A stretch of DNA of 57,406 nt, counting the filler, from Platydemus manokwari (taxonomy: Eukaryota), in assembly GCA_037951405.1 (NCBI GenBank). It is 5 parts of 5 records of this genome, joined end to end, with 100 filler letters (N's around TTAATTAATTAA, not from the genome) between each part and the next. Parts side by side here need not be neighbours in the genome. Positions count along the whole stretch, not along the records: positions 35,009 to 44,311 come from JBBMOY011268651.1; positions 44,412 to 57,406 come from JBBMOY011885832.1; 3 more parts are not named here. One strand, given 5' to 3'. Shown here in pieces: positions 41,796-52,740 of the stretch. A program made the position numbers and the translations under genes. The notes under the pieces are model-generated. The model ran no database searches, had not been told where the DNA came from, and saw only the letters and a program-made list of their open reading frames with translations. Every line of letters starts with the position of its first letter. Position 1 is the first letter of the stretch.

Positions 41796-43667
41796 ATAAT
41801 TTTAATTACATAACAAATTTGGCATCGATAAAATAAAATTAATATTAATTAATCCCGTATTTTCGTTATCAATCGAAAATTACAACAATTAATATTAATC
41901 CATTATCTTGAGAATAACATAAAGACAAAACCTTCATAGCCACAAATAGGCGAGAATATAAATATTATTCAACTCACTATATTTGGACAAATTATAATAG
42001 TAGAACAAAATATGCAGCCCGAATATTAAAATAATCCATTATTCTAATTGGCTGCGCAACCAATATATAAGGCCGTTAACAGTTAGTGCCTCCGACTGGA
42101 ATGACAAGTAAATACACCGTTACTTTATTCGAGAAGATCATTTGTTCAAATTGCCAAAGCCGAGTCAATTCTTCGACCAAGACAAGAAATTGTTTATGCT
42201 CTGTAATTTCACAGGAAGGGAATAGAAATATTCTGATTGCCAAAGTAAGATTGTTCGTATATATATATCGCTATATTCTTCTAATTTATCATGTGTAGCT
42301 TAAATATCTTGTAAACACACTTCTCCATTATAGACGAAGGGACTTGTTGGTCTGCAGTCTTCCTCATTTGTTGCACATTGTATCCAATGTTTAAGTGTAT
42401 AGTGTAGAATTAAAATTCTAGTTGTATATAACTGTCAAATTTTATGTATTTGTTATCTCCAATAAACATTTTTTATATATAAGCCGAGTTTGTTATAAAC
42501 ATGGCAGTTGGCCATTAGGATTCCCAAATTTATCATTTTTATCAATATTTCATGGCCACTCATTACCTTTTGGCAGTATTTAGGATAAAAATTGAAGTAA
42601 ATGAGAGTGATTAATATACCTGAGACATTTAAGGAGTAATTGATAAAATCAGTTTAATGAAATCATTATCAGCGTCGTTACACTTAGCTCCATATAGGTT
42701 GAGAACTGTAAGGCGAAAAAAACATTAAGTTAAGGTCTAATTACAAGCGGCTTCTATAGAATGATGAATACATAGATGGTGATCAATCAAAAATAATTAA
42801 TAATAAAACCAAAATAAACCAAGGATCCCAAAACGCATTACAAATAATAAAACACAGTTATAAAAAAAGTACAATAAATCACAGTTTACATCAGATTAAT
42901 GTTACTTTTCTTAGATGCTTTATCGAATTATTTCAATTATGATTCTTTTCATTATTAATTGGACACTAGTCACATCAGTCTCTAACTGAGTTCTCTATAT
43001 TAGGGTAAGTAATGTAATTTATGGATTTTCTGTTACTTTCCATCTACTTTAGACAGCTTGCATGAAAGCAGAGCAAACAGCACGTGATACTATTTTTATT
43101 TGGAATTGTATTTACTCCATACAAACGTTCACTACACCTATAATCTCTCATTTTGATTTTTCTAATAATACGATGCAGACAATGAATGCATTTTTTTCGC
43201 TACTTATATTATAAAGAGTCGCAGTGGGGAGTTTTATATTAGCTACTACTGATTTTAGAGAGCTTTTGTATCTCGTATGAGGAATAAGTTTCAAAATATT
43301 AACTAAAGGCTATATAATTTCATTACTGAAAGAAAAATTGAATGAAAGAAGAATATCCACTTCAGAGATATTGGAAAACCAAACGAAGGCGGCAAAAGTA
43401 TAAATTAATATAAGATTAATTAAATCAGCTAATTATTAATAGGGGAAATTTGATTACGATAATCCATTGTCGGTAAATTTTAAAGGCTACGTTAGTAGAA
43501 AATCTGTAATTGGAAGTGGTACTTCCTGCTCTACCATTGATTCCAAATTTTTAGCAGATCGTGCTATAAAATGCGTTGCCTTTATATGCTATTTTGTAAT
43601 TAATGTGATAACCCATCATATCTTTGTTTATTTTATTTTAAAGTTTATTATTTTTTGGTTTAATTTA

Positions 43668-43669
43668 AC

Positions 43670-43724
<55 letters not shown>

Positions 43725-43725
43725 A
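43668..43725. repeat. (TTA)n microsatellite
   Basis: About 18 tandem units; explains the poly-Ile ORF. Confidence 0.95.
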
Positions 43726-44311
43726 TTATCAAGGTTGACTATTTATTAGTATTAATTTGACTGACTTACTTGATCACAAAGACACTTTGTAGAAAGTAAA
43801 AATAAAATAAAATCTACAAAAATGTAATTTATTTTTGGAATTTTCTAGATCTTGGAAGGGTGAAATCAATTTAATCGAATCTCTATCCCATACACTGGAT
43901 GAGCTTCTATCTTTCAAAGTAATTGATATACATTCAAAGATACTGATGGAAGTGAAAACTGATCAAATGTTTGCATTGGATGTGTTTATGAAAAAACGAA
44001 ATGGTGAGCAAACTTTCCACAATTGCTTTCAGTTGAAGTCATGAATTAAAAATTTTATTTTAGCAAAGTTCAATTACTTCATGCCAGAGACATGTTATTT
44101 ACAGAATGGAAATTTAAATCAAATCATCTATTCTCGCATTAAAAGTATTTCCGTCAGGTATTATTGCTAAATTATTCTCATAAGTTATTATTATTAAGAT
44201 ACTGTACAACATATATTTCAGTGTGCACACATTTTAACATTAGCACGCTAATCAAGGGTGTAACAGCTACATGACAATTCATTTATAAACATCACTAACA
44301 TACAATGTGTG

Positions 44312-44411
44312 NNNNNNNNNNNNNNNNNNNNNNNNNNNNNNNNNNNNNNNNNNNNTTAATTAATTAANNNNNNNNNNNNNNNNNNNNNNNNNNNNNNNNN
44401 NNNNNNNNNNN
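44312..44411. other. Assembly gap spacer
   Basis: N44-TTAATTAATTAA-N44. Confidence 0.98.
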
Positions 44412-44726
44412 CTAGTTAGGAGAACATTGATGAGTTCATTCTATTAGCTATTTTTGAAGTTTGTATGTTTGTTTGTGTGTTAGGAAAATTTTTTAGTATG
44501 CATTGAAGAACATGAATGAGTACTTTTCATATTGAATGCATTAGAGATCACAAGATAGAAATAGATAAGAAAAGGAGAAAAATTTTGCATTGTACAATAT
44601 TGTCTTCATATGGATAAGTAATCTTCTTCCAATTATAATAAGATTTTTGACTTTCCAACTAAGATTATTTGAATTATGTCTATTAATAACATCGATGAAA
44701 TTTAATGGATTTACTTTTAACTGGAT

Positions 44727-45368
44727 ATGTATGTCAAAAGATCTAAGAAGATCTCAATCAATATAACATGGAATTATTCAAAATCACAAAGCACCACTTT
44801 CAAATCAGAAACTCGCATTCTGTTCATTAATAGTAATTTCACCACAGATAAATCTGACTCTCAATATGCCACTTATTCGCCCAACGAAGGAATACAAACC
44901 GGGGTTGTGCTAGGCTCGGTATTGCTCATAGTTTTTATTTATGGAATTATAAAAGCAAAATGCAAACGTAAAAGTGAATTATATGAAAAAGAAATGATTC
45001 GAAAATCTAGAAATGATCCTCATAAAATGTGGGATTTATCTAATCAGCTGCTGAAATTCAAAAAACGACAGTCACTAATAAAAAAATATGGACATCTTCA
45101 TCCTCCTATCGACCCAATAAAAGATAAACAGCCAATATTTTTGAAAAGATTATCGAGTGTTAGAAATTGGTTGCATAATTATGTACCCAATAAATCAACT
45201 GATAACTCTTTAGCAAAAAACCAATACTCATTTTCAGATTTGGCTATCTATGTTACACCTGAAAATAGCACTAATCAGATTTTACAAAGTAAAACCTTTG
45301 AAATGTACTCTTTACCCAAAGGAAAATTTACTCAATCAGTATGTAGCCTGAATTTTGACTCAATATAA
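44727..45368 (+). CDS. Single-pass membrane protein of unknown function (213 aa)
   Basis: Three N-glycosylation sequons (NIT, NYS, NFT) precede the hydrophobic GVVLGSVLLIVFIYGII, followed by basic KAKCKRK. AATAAA at 45415-45420. Confidence 0.7.
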   Translation: MYVKRSKKISINITWNYSKSQSTTFKSETRILFINSNFTTDKSDSQYATYSPNEGIQTGVVLGSVLLIVFIYGIIKAKCKRKSELYEKEMIRKSRNDPHKMWDLSNQLLKFKKRQSLIKKYGHLHPPIDPIKDKQPIFLKRLSSVRNWLHNYVPNKSTDNSLAKNQYSFSDLAIYVTPENSTNQILQSKTFEMYSLPKGKFTQSVCSLNFDSI

Positions 45369-45627
45369 TGTAGATATTATTCAAACCTAATTGCTTATTT
45401 TTATATTTTATATAAATAAAATTTAGAAAAATTTAATTAATATTATGTTTGAAATTATTAAAATAAAATAAATTATTAACAAAAATTATGATTATTAATT
45501 TTAATAAAAAGAAGTTTCTTCAATTAATTCAATTTTAAATAAATTAGAATATTATTAAGCTTGTTTTAATACACTAATTTGTATTAAATTTATTAAAATT
45601 CATTGCTACTAGAAATTACCATTAGGA

Positions 45628-47354
45628 ATGGCAGGAAGACAAATTGCACAAATAGCTATTGATGAATATGGTAGACCGCTTGTTATTTTAAGAGATGAAG
45701 AAAAGAAAAAGAGATTAATTGGAATTGAAGCTCATAAAGTATTAATTATTTTTTTAAATTTGTTTTTAACTTTTTGATTGATTTAGTCACATATTATGGC
45801 CGCTAAGACAGTTTCCAATATCTTACGTACTTCTCTTGGGCCAAAAGGATTAGATAAAATAATGGTCAATCCTGATAATGATATTACAGTTACTAACGAT
45901 GGAAGAACCATTATGGAAATGATGGATGTAGAACACGAGATTGCTAAATTGATGGTTGAACTTAGTAAATCACAAGATGACGAAATTGGTGATGGGACAA
46001 CTGGTGTTGTAGTTTTAGCAGGTTCATTGTTAGAACAAGCTGAGCAATTGTTAGATCGTGGCATTCATCCAATTCGAGTTTCTGATGGTTATGAAATGGC
46101 TGCGAAATTATGCTTAGATGAACTTGATAGAATCAGTGATACATTCGTTTTCAGTCGAGAGAATAAAGAACCACTTATTCAAACTGCAATGACTACCTTA
46201 GGATCAAAAATTGTTAATAAGTGCCATAGGCAATTTGCAGAAATGGCTGTTGAAGCAATTTTGTCTGTAGCTGATATTGAGAGAAAAGATGTTGACTTTG
46301 AGTTGATTAAAGTTGATGGTAAAGTTGGTGGAAGTCTTTCAGATTCTATTCTAGTTAAAGGTGTAATTGTTGATAAAGATTTTTCACACCCACAAATGCC
46401 AAAGTCAATCAAAGATGCAAAGATAGCTATCTTGACTTGTGCTTTTGAACCACCAAAACCAAAAACCAAACATAACCTCTACGTAGAGACTGTTAAAGAT
46501 TACGAAAATCTTGCAAAGTATGAACACGACAAATTCGTGGAAATGGTTGATCAAGTTAAAGATTCTGGTGCAAATTTAGTCATTTGTCAATGGGGATTTG
46601 ATGATGAAGCTAATCATTTATTATATCAAAAAAATTTACCAGCTGTAAGATGGGTTGGTGGACCTGAAATTGAATTGATTGCCATTGCCACTGGTGGACG
46701 AATTGTGCCAAGATTCGAAGAATTAACATCAGAAAAATTGGGTAAAGCTGGAATTGTTAAAGAATTATCTTTTGGAACAACTAAAGATAAAATGCTTGTT
46801 ATTGAAGAATGCAGAAATTCCAAAGCAGTTACATGTTTTATTAGAGGTGGTTCACGTATGATTGTCGATGAAGCCAAACGTTCATTGCATGATGCTCTTT
46901 GTGTTGTTAGAAATTTGGTATGATTGATTTTTGATTATTTTTTAATTAATTTATAACAAATCAGGTCAGGGATCCACGAGTTGTATATGGTGGTGGTGCA
47001 CCTGAAATCGCCTGCTCCCTTGCCGTTTCTAATGCCGCTGATCAAATTCCAGGTTTGGAACAGTATGCTATGAGAGCATTTGCAGAAGCATTGGAAGCTA
47101 TACCTATTGCTTTGTCAGAGAATTCCGGTTTGCCATCAATTTCTACGGTGGCTGAATTAAAAGCTAGTCAATTGAAAGAACAAAATCCAAGATTAGGTGT
47201 GGATTGTAAACGCGTAGGAACAAATGACATGAAACAACAACTTGTTCTTGAAACTCTTAGTTCGAAGAAGGCACAGATAATGTTGGCTGTTCAAGTTTGC
47301 AAAATGATCTTAAAGATTGATGATATTCGAGTCCATGCTGAAGATGTAAGTTAA
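45628..47354 (+). CDS. CCT5: T-complex protein 1 subunit epsilon (543 aa); exons 45628-45738, 45787-46917, 46965-47354
   Basis: [97 protein letters not shown]. Introns of 48 and 47 bp; AATAAA at 47537-47542. Confidence 0.98.
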
Positions 47355-48679
47355 AATAATTGTTTTTCAAATAATCCGTGTTGTCATGTTATTCAGAAAT
47401 AGCTATTTCTGTTGTAAGTGACTCGCAATATTGTTTATGTTTATAATTTATCGTTTGTTAATGTTTTTTTCATTTCAGCTTGGATCCATGTATTAAATTT
47501 GAGAAATAGTGTTGTCAAGTTGTAAATGTTTATGTTAATAAACATGGATAAATATTGTTTGTTTTATTGCAACATATAAAATATTGCTATGGTATTCGAT
47601 GCTTTTGTGCATTTGTTTTATATTTTGTATTACTTCATTTTTGGAATTTAATCTACGTTAATCTTTGTTTTGAGATCTTTATTGAATAACGTATTTTGTC
47701 TGTTTATTGTTTAATTTCAAGATTGAGTGACAAATTAGGAATCTTGTTTATGTCATGATTCTGAATTCGTGTGTGCGAAAGATTTAGGTTTTGATCATTT
47801 TATAGTGTTAATTGTTTTATTTTTGAGTATGTTTGCTCTACTTATGAAAACCAAAACTGTTTTAAATGGAATGATTATTGATATACTGCTTACTAATTTT
47901 TTTGTAGGAACAGTTTATATTAGCACAATTTTTCATTGACTCCATATGAAAGGACTTGTAAATTCTGTGAAGACAATTCAAAATAAAATTTAGAATTAAA
48001 AAGGTGTTTGTATACGTCAGAATTAGCACAATTTATTACTGAAATAGACATGAGAATGTATAAACTATTTAAATTTAATAATGTAATATAACGACAAAAA
48101 TTCAATGTCAATGAGCAATGTTTGGTTATATTTATCATTTAAATGCTTACGCAGAAAAATGATTGAAAACTATCAAATTATTATTTTTAATTTAATCTTG
48201 CTATTTGCAATTGGTGTATGGCGATGATCTGCAAATCAAATCTAGAATTATATAAATAATATGATTTTTTATGGCTTCATTAGCTAGTGCAGCCGTGTAA
48301 TGGGTTTGGTATATTTCAGTTGTTACGCGATGCCTTATCTAGTTCATTTTTTCATTTTATATTAGTATAATTTATATTAATTTTGTTCTTATTATTTAAT
48401 CTCATGTTACGAGAATAGTACTTTATATTCCCATCCATATTATTAATTTTTATTTATTTTTTAATACATAAAGATATATTATGAAAGTTTCACAAAATTT
48501 AAAGTGACAGATATACTTTTGATATACATATCAATAAAATATTATCAAATAAACCATTAATTGTCAAATAACGATTAACATCAAATTAGTATTAAGTTGA
48601 ATTGTTTGGTATGGATTTTGTTAAATTGAACATCTTTGATAACTATTGTTTCAAATAATTATTTATATAACATGGTTTT

Positions 48680-51600
48680 TCTAATACAAGTAAGACATAG
48701 TCTAAAATCTTCACCACTAAGTGGTAGGGCATTTTATTACAGGTAGTCTCTTCTTTCCTTCGTCACTCATAGATAGGCTGTTATCATTGGCTCATCCAAG
48801 TTTGCTGGACATCTCATCTTCACAGTCTACAAAGTCATCGTCCGAGATGTCATTGTGATCATTTGATTAGGTCCTTGTATTCGAAAAGAGTCTGGCTTTC
48901 CTTCAGTGAAACTGCTATTGTTTAAATGCAGAGTCGAAGTATAACTTGCGTTTTTCGATTACCAGGTTCCAAGTACCCTCATTAAGAAGGTACGGAGCTC
49001 AACCGTTCAGCCTGTTCTTGGCTTTCTTTACTTCCTTTCGTAGATTTTCGTATTTTTGCAAGTTGACTTCATCTGCATTTTTCATCAGTTGCTGTTCGTC
49101 CATGGGGCATTTGACGTCGACTAAAAAGATACAACTACTGTGGTTATTGACTACCGGTAATTTCAATCTCAACTTTGATCCCATGAATTGACAAGCATTT
49201 TCCACCTTAAACGTCGTTGACAGTATGATTGTTTATATATCCCGCAAGTAGTTCCATTATTTTCATGTACAGGTTGAGTATATATGAGTGTGATAAGTTG
49301 CATTTTGTAAAGACATGGGTCTGAGATTCAACTTCGTAGAGATATTTCCGGCATTAGTCCTCTTGCATATGTTTCTTGTTGAGAGTTACCAATGTATTTG
49401 ATAGCATTTGGTGTAGAAATATGAACTCAGCAATTTATAGCCCACTATTGAAAAAAAACTTTTTCCGCGCAGATGTTATTTCAGGCAGGATTTTGGTTTA
49501 CCGACTACATTGGATCTCCTATGACCATAGGAGTTGATAACTTCAATGAAAACATTGCCGTAATAACTTCGTCAATTTCTTAAAGTGTTTCGTTCCCCAT
49601 GGTATCTCAGTAGATACATCCCCTTCGTCCGTTGTGATGCATTGGAAGACTCTGATCCTAATCTTGCCATCGATAATTTGGAAGCTGGTTGATGTGATGA
49701 TATGATATCTTATCGAATTTTGTCCCACCAAGAGTGCTTCTTTTGTCTGATCCCAGGATGGGAGTTCAGCCAATTTAGGAATTCCAAGAAATTTTGGTTG
49801 GATTGCGAGTATAAAGATTCTTTTACAATTTCGTTGATAATTGTTTGTTTACTGTTCAGTATTGCTATTCCGTTTGATATTGTCTGGATCATAAATTTTG
49901 CTACAATAATCCGTAACCTGCAGCCCCCATTTGATTTCGTTGTATATAGGAAGTGAGTAGAGAACGATTTTGGTACACCGATAATTTTCTTTAGAACTTT
50001 CCGAATTTATGTGTTCATTTTCTTCAGCTTGATGTATGTTGCATAGTATGTCCTAGCAAAAAATATCACTTTATTATGAATAAGCATGCTGTAGGTATGG
50101 AGTTTTTGCCAGGGTAGCAGAATACTGTCAGCGAGTTTCTCAGATAATGAATTGAGTTCAACTTCTAGGCTTTCGAAGGAGTTGTGTAGTTTCTGTGTAA
50201 ATTTGACTCCCAAGTATCTAGAATGTTCTTCAGGTTGCATCTGTGGTAATTGTTGGCCATTGATCGTCAGGGCGTTGATTGCTTGTCTCGATTTGATATT
50301 CCATACATGGCTGCACTTGTTGGGCTTTAACTTAATGCCTGGTTAGTTCACGATCGGTAATGATAGATTGATTTGATTCTGGCATTTTTCTTCGTTTTTG
50401 GAGATGTTTGCTATGTCATCTGCATAGGCAAGTGTTGTAACTCGATGGCTTGCCAGCATGATTTCCGGTATTCTGTGATTGTTCCATTTGTATTGGGATC
50501 GGGTTTACGGCAATATTGAACAAAAGCATGGAGGTAGGGCAGCCTTGCCTAACTTTTCTTCTAATGATAATAAAATTGGTCGTATAATTCTTACACTGGA
50601 ACGCGATCTGGCAATTATCAAATAGGCTTCGAATAATTTGTATTGCTGTCAAACTAAGACCCATTTTTTATAATATAGCAAAGAGTATAGCATTATTGAC
50701 TAATGGCAATGTCTCTTCGATATCAATAAAAAAGAATTTGACATTATTCTTAGTATTCTCGTGCAGTTTTTCAATGGCAGCCCTCAAGATGAAGTTGTAT
50801 TCGCTGCATCCATGGCTTGGTCCAACCCTTTTCTGCAGCGGGTGTAGAAGATTGTTTTAATTGATCCATGAATTGCGTTGATCCAGGTCTCCAAGAACCA
50901 ACTTGATAGTATTGATCTTGTTTCATTGGATTGGGAATCATTGTGGTATAATATTTATGCCACTCATCGAGAATTGATTTTAAATTAAGGCAATTATTAA
51001 AGATAGTCGTCATAATCTCTGTATTTGGACCTTCATAAATCATATTTCCATAAGTGATCTTGCTTCTACATGGTGCACTAGGCTTCTTATCTTTTAGTAC
51101 CGCATAAATTTCCTCGATATTAAAATTTTTGAACTCAAATTTTGGACCCTTTTTAATAAGATTATCCAACATGCATGCATTCTCACATGGTTTGGAGCAT
51201 CTTACTATTAAATGTGCCTCGCCTTGTTTTCTGATATAGTGGTTTCCCAGATCCTATTTCGGAGGGCAATAGTATGTATCATTGGAGCTCGTAGCTATCT
51301 GAAATGCAGAATCCGGGACAATTTTATACAATTTTCACAAACACAAGTCATTTTTTCCTCTATCGGTTGATTGATCGACTCGCCCCATATAAGAGCTGGT
51401 CTCATCTTTGACCACACATAGTCCTCCGACAAAGGCAATAAATAACTTGTATTTTTCATCCAATGGTACATTTTCAATTTTGCAATATAGTTCAGTGACC
51501 AAGATTCTCCGTGTATCAATGATGGTTCGAGGATTATTATTGGTCACTGGTAACATAAGATTCTCCAAGTTCTTTCTCTTATCCTCGCTTAGAATAATTA

Positions 51601-52740
51601 ACTTCTTGGCTTTTTCTTTGATCGTTTTGACATTGATTATTCTCTGGCTGATAATGGAGCAGATATTTTGATGTATCCAAATACAATGGGGCCACTGTCT
51701 CCGAATTGAGTTTGGGTTAGTTTAGTTGGATTTTGATCCTTTTCAAGCAAAAATATTTGGCTTTCCGGACAATATGCTTTAATTTTTATTGGCATTCGAA
51801 ATCATCTGTTGGTGTTCTTCAGTAATGATATCGCACATCGGATCCATGAAAGAAATCGTTTCATTCCTAACATTAACTTTCACCAGGGTTCATTGTTTTG
51901 ACTTCAGAAGTGCTTGACAAAATATTAATTCGTGATCTTTGAAAAATCTAAAATCAAGGTTATGGATGATGTCCGTCACTTTGTTCCTCGTTATCGCCTC
52001 ACTGATAAACGGGTCAAGTACAAGATTTCTTCTCTGTCTGAATTCACTTCAGATCAACAATCGCATGTGTTTTTCGGAGAAGAGCGCATAATCGTCTTTG
52101 TTCGTAAGTGTTTCTGAACCATCTCCTATTTTAGATAGACTTTTGACCATTTTTCTATTGACATCTCACACTTTCTGACAAATTTTCTCAATGTTGATTG
52201 GAATATTATCATCTTCTGATATGATAATTTCGGCGTAACCACAGGTCATTGGTCCACAGTCATTACTGTTCGTTTGACATTTCCGCATTTTAAAATTGAC
52301 AGATTGTTGTAATATCATGTTCATTCTGCTCATTGATTGGTTTATGGTGTCAAACAAGATCTTCCCTTTTTCCATGGCTCTGGATACATACGGACTTTGG
52401 TCTCCAAGTGGGTCGATTATTTCGACTGAAATGTTGATCGATCCGATAAAGAAAGTCCAGTGCGTATTTGACACATTGACTGAAGCGATAATGATATCGA
52501 TTTGTTGAGATATTTCAAACCATGCTGTAGCTTCCTCAAGTTCTTTATTATACTGGAATATCGCCTCAGTCTGGTACGAATCGATATAAAGAACTTTTAG
52601 AATGTTTTGATTCGCAGTCACATCTATTTGGTCTTTATAAGGTTTAAATAATTATGAATATTTTGCAGATATTTGAGTAAAAAGGGTTTTTTCATTCATG
52701 AATTCATGTTTATAACAAGGCCATCCACCAACTTCTTTAT
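48680..52740 (-). mobile_element. Decayed RLE-type non-LTR retrotransposon (NeSL-like) with Ulp1/C48 protease, RT, CCHC finger and RLE
   Basis: In order on the minus strand: NTHW..IIDPLG..QTNSNDCG, PSAP, SWRP, FIDI, VRQGCPTSMLLFN, LAYADDIA (~50412-50435), LKPNKC, RYLGV, GGC, CRK..ESQTHVFTKC, LVDVKCPMD. Many frameshifts; element ends are approximate. Confidence 0.88.
52166..52621 (-). CDS. Ulp1/SENP-like (C48) cysteine protease domain of the retrotransposon ORF
   Basis: Catalytic His (NTHW), Asp (IIDPL), oxyanion Gln and Cys (QTNSNDCG) occur in clan CE order within an open 151-codon frame. Confidence 0.82.
   Translation of the reverse strand: MTANQNILKVLYIDSYQTEAIFQYNKELEEATAWFEISQQIDIIIASVNVSNTHWTFFIGSINISVEIIDPLGDQSPYVSRAMEKGKILFDTINQSMSRMNMILQQSVNFKMRKCQTNSNDCGPMTCGYAEIIISEDDNIPINIEKICQKV

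Noticed and set aside
42345-42501. Short solo LTR (TGTT...AACA with a purine run before and TGG after)
   Set aside because: No second copy or TSD, and the segment is equally explained by AG/GT-bounded exons.
45783-46877. Three minus-strand ORFs
   Set aside because: Antisense shadows of the CCT5 coding sequence.
48600-48760. tRNA, U2, SL RNA or rRNA target gene at the retrotransposon 3' junction
   Set aside because: No recognisable RNA gene sequence by eye at either element's junctions; an Infernal/tRNAscan search would be needed to exclude one.
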